Notes under the pieces: generated by a model | The model's input: the letters and a program-made list of their open reading frames with translations, nothing else | Told to the model about the DNA's origin: nothing | The model's database searches: none | Shown here: positions 56,115-64,000 of the stretch, piece after piece | Layout: the number at the start of each line of letters is the position of its first letter | Position numbering within the stretch: the first letter of the stretch is position 1 | NCBI GenBank assembly: GCA_900755685.1 | Contig: CAAEHI010000052.1 | Location: 39,150 to 103,149, forward strand | Direction of reading: 5' to 3' | Length of the DNA stretch: 64,000 bases | Origin: an uncultured Collinsella sp. | GTDB lineage: Bacteria; Actinomycetota; Coriobacteriia; Coriobacteriales; Coriobacteriaceae | Program-made: the position numbers and the translations under genes

Positions 56115-56897
56115 TTAGCGAAGGTCAAAAACAGCGTGCGCATTTGCTAAAACTGCCGACTCGATGCGCTTTGCGTCACAGTTTTTGAGTGAGGCAATGC
56201 GCATCGAGGTCCTTGTGAGCGATCTGATGAGCGACTGTGCGCTTGTTTCTGTGTTTGGTTCGGCTGGTGAATCGGTCTCGAGCAGTAAACGATCGAGTGG
56301 AATCTGTCGTGAGTATTCGCGACCGCGCTTGGTCGCGAGCATGCGTTCGTTGACGGAAAAATAACAGCCCGCATTACGCGCGCGGGCGAGTTCGTCCGAA
56401 GTGCCGCTAAACCAGTGGAAGATGATAGCGGGGGAGTCGGGGTTTGGGATGAGTAGCCCATGCGATTCGAGGACGTCCAGTACGGCTCCTGCTGAACGAA
56501 CGGCGTGAATTGATATCACGCGTCCGGCAAGAGGATGCTGCACGAGCGCATCGCAGAGCCGGTTAAGTGCCTGTATTTGTAGCGGCTTACTTCCAGCAAA
56601 GCGTGCGGAAAAGTCGAGTCCGACTTCGCCGATGTAGCGCTCTTGGGCAGCAACTTCGCAAAGCAGATTGACTTCGGCAGGACCGCAGCGGCCGTCGGCG
56701 AGCCACCAGGGGTGGAGCCCAGCACCGACGATGATGCCTGGTTGGCGACAGGCGCGCTCGTTTGCGGCCGAAAAGTCGCGCGGATTGACGCCGCAGTCAA
56801 ATAGACCCAAGCACAGCGCCGTCGCCTCATCGGCAACGGCGTCCGGGTGAGCCATTAAATCAAGATGGCAGTGTGCATCAAATAACCGGGGCTCCAT
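56115..56897 (-). CDS. TatD-family metal-dependent hydrolase/DNase
   Basis: MEPRLFDAHCHLD… plus conserved His/Glu/Asp positions of TatD. Confidence 0.85.
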   Translation of the reverse strand: MEPRLFDAHCHLDLMAHPDAVADEATALCLGLFDCGVNPRDFSAANERACRQPGIIVGAGLHPWWLADGRCGPAEVNLLCEVAAQERYIGEVGLDFSARFAGSKPLQIQALNRLCDALVQHPLAGRVISIHAVRSAGAVLDVLESHGLLIPNPDSPAIIFHWFSGTSDELARARNAGCYFSVNERMLATKRGREYSRQIPLDRLLLETDSPAEPNTETSAQSLIRSLTRTSMRIASLKNCDAKRIESAVLANAHAVFDLR

Positions 56898-56911
56898 CTC
56901 GGTGCGCTCCG

Positions 56912-57709
56912 CTAGTCCAGACGTTGGCCATCGGAGCGTACGCGCTCAGTGCCGCGGCCGCTGATCTGGCGGATAACCTCGCCGGCAATCATCTGGCCCA
57001 TGATGGGCGGCATAAAGCTGGCGGTTCCCAGCTCGGTGCGCTCGTGGATGTTGGAAGGGTCGCGGGGCTGTGTCTTAACCGATTCCTCGCAGCTAAACAG
57101 TACATGCAGGCTCTTGATTCCGCGCTTCTTGCATTCTTTGCGCATGATGCGGCTCATGGGGTCACGTACCGTATCGAAAATGTCGGCAAAGCGGAGGCAC
57201 TCGGGATGGAGCTTGTTGGCCCCGCCCATGGAGCTAACCAAACGAATGTCGTGGTCCTGAGCATATTTGGCAATGGTGAGCTTGGCCGAGATGGTGTCGA
57301 TGGCGTCGACGACGTAGTCGAGCTTGCCGTCCGTCTGCTCCAAAACGCTCGCGAAGAAATCATCGATGTTGTCGCTCAGCAGGTATTCGGTGCGCTTGAT
57401 GACGGTAGCGGTAGGGTTGATGTCGTGAATCATAGCCTCCATGACGTCGACTTTGCGCTTGCCGACGGTGCTGTGAAAGGCGATGGCCTGGCGATTGATA
57501 TTGCTGGGCGCGATGATGTCCTTATCCAGAATGACGAAATGACCGATGCCGCCGCGGGCGAGTGCCTCGCAGCAGTTGGAGCCCACGCCTCCGCAGCCGA
57601 GCACTAGCACCGTAGCATCGGCGAGCTTATCGAGTGCCTCGCGGCCCATGATAATCTCGAGCTTGGTGTCGCGTGTCTCGATGGGAGTTTCGGCTGTGGT
57701 TTCGGTCAT
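56912..57709 (-). CDS. ThiF/MoeB-fold tRNA threonylcarbamoyladenosine dehydratase (TcdA/CsdL-like)
   Basis: VLVLGCGGVGSNCCEALARGGIGHFVILDKDIIAPSNINRQ is the E1-like Rossmann. RBS ggagga. Confidence 0.8.
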   Translation of the reverse strand: MTETTAETPIETRDTKLEIIMGREALDKLADATVLVLGCGGVGSNCCEALARGGIGHFVILDKDIIAPSNINRQAIAFHSTVGKRKVDVMEAMIHDINPTATVIKRTEYLLSDNIDDFFASVLEQTDGKLDYVVDAIDTISAKLTIAKYAQDHDIRLVSSMGGANKLHPECLRFADIFDTVRDPMSRIMRKECKKRGIKSLHVLFSCEESVKTQPRDPSNIHERTELGTASFMPPIMGQMIAGEVIRQISGRGTERVRSDGQRLD

Positions 57710-57888
57710 AAATATCCTCCGATGGGGAAGCAGGTCGTGTTTTAGCTATCGCCATTATAGGTAATCGCCCATAGGTTGCGATGGCGTTTGCTTTGATGTG
57801 GTTTGAAGCATTGCGATTAAATAGTTAGACAAACATCTAAATATTGAGTATAGTGTGCACGTCATGAGAGATGATGAGAGGAGGTCTT

Positions 57889-58167
57889 ATGCCGGGAGAG
57901 GGTTTTAAGGCGCTGGCCGATCCTACACGGCGTCACATTTTGGAGTTGCTGCGCGAGGGTAATTGCACGGCGGGGGAGCTTGCCGAGCATTTCGATATCA
58001 GTAAGCCGTCGCTGAGCCATCACTTGGCGACGCTCAAAAACGCCGGGTTGGTGACCGACGAGCGCCATGGCCAAAACATCGTATACAGCTTAAACACCAC
58101 CGTCATGCAGGATTTAATTGGCTGGTTTATGGGTTTTACAAACAATGAAGGTGATAAGGATGAATAA
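57889..58167 (+). CDS. ArsR-family transcriptional regulator (SdpR-like)
   Basis: LADPTRRHILELLREGNCTAGELAEHFDISKPSLSHHLATLKNAGLV is an ArsR wHTH. RBS gagaggagg. Confidence 0.8.
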   Translation: MPGEGFKALADPTRRHILELLREGNCTAGELAEHFDISKPSLSHHLATLKNAGLVTDERHGQNIVYSLNTTVMQDLIGWFMGFTNNEGDKDE

Positions 58168-58866
58168 CGAAAACAAGGGCATTCACCCCACAGGGGTATC
58201 GTCGCGCGTGTGGATTGCGCTGGTCGCTCTGTGCGTCGCCAATGTCGTAGCGCACCTCATGGTGATGCCGAGCTTGCCTGCGCAGATTCCCACGCACTGG
58301 GGCGCGAACGGCGCCGTCGACGGTTGGGGTCCTAGCTGGATGGCCTCCGCGCTCGGCGTGCTGCCTCTGGCGCTTCTCGCAATGTTCTGCGTGGTGCCGC
58401 GCATCGACCCCAAAGGTGAGGCATATCGAACCTCGGGCAAGTTCTACCAGGGCTTCGTAATCGCCTTCACCTTGTTCATGTGCGCCATAAGCTGGCTGGG
58501 AGAGCTTACGGTCTGGGGCGTGGTGCCGGCGGTCGGTTCGGTTAACGTGCTGATTTCCGGTGTTGTCGGTTTGCTGTTCATCGGCGTAGGCAACTACTTG
58601 CCGCGTGTGAAGCAGAACTATACGCTCGGTATCAAGACACCTTGGGCGCGCTTGCCGATCCCGAGAACTGGCGCCGTACTCAGCGTTTTGGCGGCGCCTG
58701 CTTTATGGTGCTGGGTATTGGCCTGATTGTGATGGGCGTGGCAGGCAGCGTGCTTTCGAGTGAAGTCGTCGCCGCGGTGATTGCGGTTCTGGCGTTTGGT
58801 TCGGTTGGAGCCGTCTACGTCTACTCGTATCTGTTGTGGCGCAAATCGCAGCGAGCCGCTCGTTAA
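58160..58866 (+). pseudogene. SdpI/YhfL-family membrane (immunity-like) protein gene disrupted by a frameshift near 58646-58652
   Basis: The reading frame continues from …GIKTPWA (ORF 58118-58726) into the offset frame …LADPENWRRTQRFGGACFMVLG… (ORF 58642-58866). Rejoining needs a 2-nt deletion or 1-nt insertion within the gggcgcgctt run. The start overlaps the ArsR stop. Confidence 0.5.
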
Positions 58867-59050
58867 GGTTGCGGAAAACTAGCGTACGCAGTTCATAGTA
58901 TGTTCCGGGGGACTTTTCCCAGGTAGTATTAGGGGGTGTGGGCAACCATGCCCCTTTTTCGTTACGTTTCAGAGCTGGTTCCCTCATTTCGTTTCCACTA
59001 AAGCGAATCAAGAATAGGGAAACAGCAGGTAGAAAGGATAGAACAGACAT

Positions 59051-60730
59051 ATGGCGGAGTTTATCTACCAGATGTATCAGGCTCGCAAGGCCCATGGCGA
59101 CAAGGTGATCCTTGACGACGTGACCCTGAGCTTCTACCCCGGTGCCAAGATCGGCGTCGTGGGCCCCAACGGTATGGGCAAGTCGACCCTGCTCAAGATT
59201 ATGGCCGGCATCGAGGAGGTCTCCAACGGCGATGCCAGGCTCACTCCCGGCTACACCGTGGGCATCCTGCAGCAGGAGCCGCCGCTCGACGATGACAAGA
59301 CCGTCATCGAGAACGTGCGCATGGCGTTTGGCGACATGATTGCCAAGGTCGATCGCTTCAACAAGATCGGCGAGGAGATGTGCGACCCGGATTGCGACAT
59401 GGACGCCCTCATGGCCGAGATGGGCAAGCTCCAGGACGAGATCGACGCCGCCGACGGCTGGGATATCGATTCCAAGCTCGGCCAGGCCATGGACGCCCTG
59501 CAGCTGCCCGATTCCGACATGCCGGTCAACGTGCTTTCCGGCGGCGAGCGCCGTCGCGTGGCCCTGTGCAAGCTGCTGCTCGAGGCTCCCGACCTGCTGC
59601 TGCTCGACGAGCCCACGAACCACCTGGACGCCGAATCGATCCTGTGGCTCGAGCACTTCCTGCACAACTACCAGGGCGCGGTGCTTGCCGTCACGCACGA
59701 TCGCTACTTCCTGGATAACGTTGCCGAGTGGATTTGCGAGGTCGACCGCGGCCACCTCTATCCCTACAAGGGCAACTACTCTACATATCTGGAGACCAAG
59801 GCCGCGCGTATCGAGGCGCAGGGAAACCGTGATGCTAAGCTCGCCAAGCGCATGGAGGCCGAGCTCGAGTGGGTACGCAGCTCGCCCAAGGCCCGCCAGG
59901 CCAAGAACAAGGCCCGTCTGGCTCGCTACGAGGAGATGGAGGCCGAGGCCCGCGCAAGCCAGAAGCTCGACTGGACCGACATCCGCATCCCCGTGGGCCC
60001 GCGTCTGGGCAACAAGGTGCTCGAGGCCCATCACCTGCACAAGGAGTTCGATGGCCGTGTGCTCATCGACGACCTTTCGTTCACCCTGCCGCGCAACGGC
60101 ATCGTGGGCGTCATCGGCCCCAACGGCGTGGGCAAGACTACGCTCTTCAAGACCATCGTGGGTCTGGAGCCGCTGACTTCGGGCGAGCTCGAGGTGGGCG
60201 AGACCGTCAAGATCTCCTATGTCGACCAGAACCGTTCCGGCATCGACCCCGACAAGAACCTGTGGGAGGTCGTCTCGGATGGCCTGGACCACATGATGGT
60301 CGGCGAGACCGAGGTTCCGAGCCGCGCGTACGTGGCGAGCTTTGGCTTTAAGGGCCAGGACCAGCAGAAGCGCGCTGGCGTACTCTCCGGTGGCGAGCGC
60401 AACCGTCTGAACCTGGCGCTCACGCTCAAACAGGGCGGCAACCTGCTGCTCCTCGACGAGCCCACGAACGACCTCGACGTCGAGACGCTGTCCTCGCTCG
60501 AAGCGGCGCTGCTCGAGTTTCCGGGCTGCTCTGTGGTCATTAGCCACGACCGTATGTTCCTGGACCGCGTCGCCACGCACATTCTGGCGTGGGAGGGCAC
60601 CGACGAGAATCCGGGCAACTGGTATTGGTTCGAGGGCAACTTTGAGGCCTATCAGGCCAACCGCATCGAGCGCCTGGGCGAGGACGCGGCCCAGCCGCAT
60701 CGTATCCACCGCAAGCTGACGCGCGACTAG
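59051..60730 (+). CDS. ettA: ABC-F family translational throttle ATPase (EttA/YjjK-like)
   Basis: Two ABC cassettes (GPNGMGKSTLL / LSGGERRRVAL; GPNGVGKTTLF / LSGGERNRLNL) joined by the ABC-F linker. 559 aa. RBS aaagga. Confidence 0.9.
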   Translation: MAEFIYQMYQARKAHGDKVILDDVTLSFYPGAKIGVVGPNGMGKSTLLKIMAGIEEVSNGDARLTPGYTVGILQQEPPLDDDKTVIENVRMAFGDMIAKVDRFNKIGEEMCDPDCDMDALMAEMGKLQDEIDAADGWDIDSKLGQAMDALQLPDSDMPVNVLSGGERRRVALCKLLLEAPDLLLLDEPTNHLDAESILWLEHFLHNYQGAVLAVTHDRYFLDNVAEWICEVDRGHLYPYKGNYSTYLETKAARIEAQGNRDAKLAKRMEAELEWVRSSPKARQAKNKARLARYEEMEAEARASQKLDWTDIRIPVGPRLGNKVLEAHHLHKEFDGRVLIDDLSFTLPRNGIVGVIGPNGVGKTTLFKTIVGLEPLTSGELEVGETVKISYVDQNRSGIDPDKNLWEVVSDGLDHMMVGETEVPSRAYVASFGFKGQDQQKRAGVLSGGERNRLNLALTLKQGGNLLLLDEPTNDLDVETLSSLEAALLEFPGCSVVISHDRMFLDRVATHILAWEGTDENPGNWYWFEGNFEAYQANRIERLGEDAAQPHRIHRKLTRD

Positions 60731-60739
60731 TAGCAAGTA

Positions 60740-60770
60740 GAAAGGCCGCCACCAAGGGCGGCCTTTCTTG
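60740..60770 (+). terminator. Rho-independent terminator after ettA
   Basis: aaaggccgcc-accaa-gggcggccttt followed by cttg. Confidence 0.6.
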
Positions 60771-61009
60771 TAGCGATTGCACTGCAGCTATGCCCTGGCT
60801 GCTGGTTTGATTCATAATCAAAGTCATCTCTTTGGGATTAAAGCCCGTTTTTGCTATGAGTGATTTTCTAATTCCGTTTAAAACGTAAAGACGCATTGGG
60901 TTGCAAGGACATAAGCAAATCGAATTGAAATATAACCAGTGCTGTAACGTTAAAAAAAGATTATAGAATAGGAGTACCTTATAAGTCGCTTCTCTAGAAA
61001 GAAGAACAT

Positions 61010-62137
61010 ATGCTTTCGCGTCGTCGTTTTCTGCAACTTGTCGCGTCTTCAATTGTCGCCTTAGCCGCACGTCCGAAAGAGGTTTTTGCTTCGACGGGCA
61101 ATATTGATGGTGAGCAGATACAATTTACTTCTGAAATTGCGCAAGAGCTTGCCGATAAATATATAAAGGGACTCCTCGGCTATTCGTATACGCCTTCTGA
61201 CCCTATTCCTTTTGTAGATGTTGATGGGTCCCCGCTTGGTTACATTGTTCCGGTTGTGACATCCAATAGAGCCGCGGGCTATTTGGTTTTAGATGCTTCA
61301 GATGATGAAATACTTACGGGATATCGTTTTGGAGACGGCTTAGTCAGCCCTATGGATCGGGGAGGAGATCTTGGTGTCGAGTCTTATTCGTTCAATAACC
61401 CAGTCGTAATGATCAATCCATTCGAATTCGGCGTGCAATCTTTGGACGGTTCAATAACAACAAATTGCGGAAGAACAATCCCGGCTGTTTCCATAGAAGG
61501 ACGGCCTGTCGTTTTATCGAATAAACCTTCAAGCTGGAACGATGTTGTAATTTACGCAACTCAAATGCAGGATTACACAGTATCTGGATTTCGTTCCATT
61601 TCTCAGTTTATGTCATATGATGAAAGCGAGATTAAGAGGCTTACCGCCCACTATGCTTGTATGGTGACAGCTTTTTCGAACGTTGCGGAACTGTATGGCA
61701 TTGCCAATTTATATAGCGACCCTTCGCAATATATGCAGATATGGAATTACACCAATACCCATGCTCTTTCCGATGAAGAACAGACTGTTCCCGGCGTTGT
61801 TTTGGGTGGAACGCCGATATCAACCTGTGCAACGGGGTTTACAAATTACTGCGCAAGCAGAGGAAGTACTCTTATCGCCCGCACTGTCTCCTCTCCGGCT
61901 ATCGCGAGCATTCAAAATGAGATTAACTCTAATAGACCGAATGTTTTACATGCGAGTTTGTACAACGGATCAGCCCATTCTGTAACAGCGGAGGCTTACG
62001 CCACACTTACTGGTAAGAAAACTGGAGAGACAAGGCAGATGATTGGCATAGCGGACGGCTGGAATTCATCTTTATCCTTCCTGAAGTATGATCAGAGCTA
62101 TTATGCGTGGACTTATGGAACGACTTTTTCGAAGTAG
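61010..62137 (+). CDS. Tat-signal secreted protein of unknown function, in a low-GC islet
   Basis: MLSRRRFLQLVASSIVALAARPKEVFAS is a twin-arginine signal. The gene is ~45% GC with a ~38% GC upstream region, against >60% for the flanks. RBS gaaaga. Confidence 0.6.
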   Translation: MLSRRRFLQLVASSIVALAARPKEVFASTGNIDGEQIQFTSEIAQELADKYIKGLLGYSYTPSDPIPFVDVDGSPLGYIVPVVTSNRAAGYLVLDASDDEILTGYRFGDGLVSPMDRGGDLGVESYSFNNPVVMINPFEFGVQSLDGSITTNCGRTIPAVSIEGRPVVLSNKPSSWNDVVIYATQMQDYTVSGFRSISQFMSYDESEIKRLTAHYACMVTAFSNVAELYGIANLYSDPSQYMQIWNYTNTHALSDEEQTVPGVVLGGTPISTCATGFTNYCASRGSTLIARTVSSPAIASIQNEINSNRPNVLHASLYNGSAHSVTAEAYATLTGKKTGETRQMIGIADGWNSSLSFLKYDQSYYAWTYGTTFSK

Positions 62138-62507
62138 GGCGATTCGTCTAGCTCTGTCTTTGGTGCTGATGGCTTCATTGGTGGGCTGTTCAACAAAGGA
62201 AGAGATATCGCGCGGAGGTTCCGGAGAAGTGACTGCGACAGACTCAGGTTCATTAGAAATAGCTGGCGGGCATGCCGATGTGATGTTACAAGGAAAAGGC
62301 GTGCTTAGGTCGATTGATGCTGAAGACGCTGTCTGCTCAATAGAGGATTTGAAGACAGGTGAAACTGCATCGTACCGAGTTTCAGATAATGCTGCGAATA
62401 TGATTGAGTCGATACCGACTGGAGCGCAGGTTTCTTTTAGATACTTTGCTCCGCAACTTGAGGATGAGCTTGCTTCTCTGGTGTCTATATGCACCGATGA
62501 CAACTAA
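62115..62507 (+). CDS. Small lipoprotein (lipobox LVGC) overlapping the end of the Tat-secreted protein gene
   Basis: …MERLFRSRAIRLALSLVLMASLVGCSTKEE… The start codon is uncertain (ATG 62088/62103/62115). Confidence 0.5.
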   Translation: MERLFRSRAIRLALSLVLMASLVGCSTKEEISRGGSGEVTATDSGSLEIAGGHADVMLQGKGVLRSIDAEDAVCSIEDLKTGETASYRVSDNAANMIESIPTGAQVSFRYFAPQLEDELASLVSICTDDN

Positions 62508-62520
62508 AAGGCCTGAATTC

Positions 62521-62565
62521 AAACGGCCTCGGATGGTCAATTGGCTATCCGAGGCCGTTTTTTAC
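62521..62565. terminator. Bidirectional rho-independent terminator between the islet and the convergent minus-strand gene
   Basis: acggcctcggat-ggtcaattggct-atccgaggccgt followed by ttttt, with an A-rich tract on the other side. Confidence 0.6.
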
Positions 62566-63860
62566 TCGACCGGGGCTTCGACCTTGTCGATGGCCCAGGC
62601 GGCTCCGAGACCGCCGGTGGTGTTGCGGCGGATGCGCACGGTGACTTCGTGGCGCTCGCCTGCCTGCGTGTAACGCAGGGGGAAGCTTGCGCGGTTTCGC
62701 GCGGCCTCGATGGTACCGCGCTCGCGGGCAATCCAGTAGTACTCGCCGACGATGCCGAGCGTGTCGGCGCCGTAGGGGAGATAGGTCGACAACTGGTGCA
62801 GAAGCGGACCGGGGCAGAAGACTTCGGTTGCGAAATCGATGGGGAAATCCTCGGGGATGGTCGGTACTGCAGGTGCGGGGGTTGGGGCCGCTGCGGGTGC
62901 CGAAGCCGATGCCGGTGCGGGAATTTGGCCGCAAGCAGAGGCGGGCACGGATTCGATGACGGGTGTGGGCTCCGGCGTCGTTTCCGGCTTGATCGTGGAA
63001 TCTGCGGGCTCCACGGTGATGGGCGCGTCTGCAGCTGAGGTTTCAACCTCAACCTGCGTCGCGTTCTCGTTCTCGACGCTCGACTTTGCCTCGATGGGCG
63101 TGGAGGCCATGGTGGTGATGCCGGCGTTGGCGTTCTCGGGGTCATAGACGACCGTGAGCGAGATGGCGGGCTGCGGCGTCTCGGGCTCCGGTGTCGACTC
63201 GGTGGTGTCTTGATCGTTGGGTCGATCGTCCTCGGCTTCGTCGCCAAAGACATCGCTGTTTTGGAATGCAGGCGTCTCGGGTTGGTCAGCGGCTTCTTCG
63301 GTTGTCGACTTGGGAGCCTCGTTGAGCTCGGCAGTGGCTTCCTGCTCGGATATGACTTCGGGATCGGTCGTGGCGGCGATTTCGGTTTCGGCTTCTGCTG
63401 TTACCTCAATAGCGACTTCGATCTCTATCTCGGGCTCGGATTCCGGCACGGCTTCAACCATGGCTTCGGGCTCGGCGCGCTTAACGTGCTTGGGGCGCAC
63501 GGCCTTGAAGTCCTTCTCGCCGCGCTTTTTCTTTTTGTAGGACTGCTTGGCACCCTTGGCTGCCTTGGGCTTGTCCTCGCCCTTGGCAAGGGCGGCATCC
63601 CAGGCATCGTTGGCGATGACGGTGGCATACAGGCGACCGCCCTTAAAGACGGTCAGCTTAATGCAGTCGTCGAGCTCCTCGAGCAACTCGCGCGTGGACT
63701 CGAAGCCCAGGTCATAAGCGGCCATGTCACCAGCGGCGAGTGCCTCCTCGACCTGCGTCATAAACGTTTGCTTGCCGCATCCGATTGCATCGCGCAGCAG
63801 GCGATACAGAAAGATGTGGTTGCCCAGCGATAGCGTGGGCCTAACTATTGTCTTGCTCAT
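62562..63860 (-). CDS. Hypothetical protein with a long acidic, Pro/Glu/Thr-rich low-complexity centre
   Basis: RBS agaggag before the ATG at 63860 (MSKTIVRPTL…). Conserved-looking N- and C-terminal domains separated by ~200 aa of E/P/T/A-rich sequence. Confidence 0.5.
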   Translation of the reverse strand: MSKTIVRPTLSLGNHIFLYRLLRDAIGCGKQTFMTQVEEALAAGDMAAYDLGFESTRELLEELDDCIKLTVFKGGRLYATVIANDAWDAALAKGEDKPKAAKGAKQSYKKKKRGEKDFKAVRPKHVKRAEPEAMVEAVPESEPEIEIEVAIEVTAEAETEIAATTDPEVISEQEATAELNEAPKSTTEEAADQPETPAFQNSDVFGDEAEDDRPNDQDTTESTPEPETPQPAISLTVVYDPENANAGITTMASTPIEAKSSVENENATQVEVETSAADAPITVEPADSTIKPETTPEPTPVIESVPASACGQIPAPASASAPAAAPTPAPAVPTIPEDFPIDFATEVFCPGPLLHQLSTYLPYGADTLGIVGEYYWIARERGTIEAARNRASFPLRYTQAGERHEVTVRIRRNTTGGLGAAWAIDKVEAPVE

Positions 63861-64000
63861 GGCAAATCTCCTCTTTACACACCAAAGCATCTTACCATCG
63901 CGCGGGGCTTGCTACCTCGGCGCCCAAGGCAAACGGGCGCGACCGTTGCCGGTTCGCGCCCGTTATACAGGTCGATTATCTATGAGGGGCAAACGTGCTT

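Noticed and set aside
1-64000. CRISPR arrays, rRNA genes, IS elements/transposases, integrases.
   Set aside because: No short direct repeats with regular spacers, no rRNA-like conserved stretches, and no transposase or integrase-like translation in any frame. The only repeats are the three tRNA-Gly copies, the promoter modules and the leader pair.

Overview
High-GC chromosomal segment (most coding regions above 60% GC), densely coded on both strands. Inferred from gene content, it comes from an anaerobic Gram-positive Actinomycetota-type genome, possibly Coriobacteriia. Content in order: the end of an oligopeptide ABC importer (oppC end, oppD, oppF); two giant perfect palindromes; tRNA-Leu; a partner-switching signalling pair (a PAS/GAF-PP2C phosphatase and a fused STAS-GHKL kinase protein); a tRNA cluster (Gly, Cys, Gly, then a GH13 alpha-glucosidase, then Gly, Val) driven by promoters sharing one UP/-35 consensus; an NrdR-box-controlled nrdD, then a long structured spacer, then nrdG; a folE/HD-hydrolase/folB cluster; a SlyD-type FKBP next to a UreE-like protein; fur; rnhA; a divergent LysR regulator and metY; panE; an aldo/keto reductase fused to a ferredoxin domain; two genes (a Gfo/Idh/MocA oxidoreductase and nfo) preceded by the same structured leader with compensatory changes; an amino-acid ABC system whose permease carries an extra extracytoplasmic domain; flavodoxin; a Y-family polymerase with a YolD-like gene; pgi; an orphan three-gene operon on the minus strand (hypothetical protein, ClpP-like protease, soluble TraG/VirD4-like ATPase) behind a tRNA-type consensus promoter; a long fructosamine (frl/sgc)-like sugar-derivative catabolic locus; tatD, tcdA, an sdpR/sdpI-like pair with a frameshift, ettA, and a low-GC islet encoding a Tat-secreted protein plus a lipoprotein. 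No CRISPR array, rRNA or recognisable transposase was seen. The most likely previously undescribed system is the hypothetical/ClpP-like/T4CP-like operon at 39.5-42.8 kb. The conserved structured leader pair at 27.6 and 28.8 kb is the second candidate.
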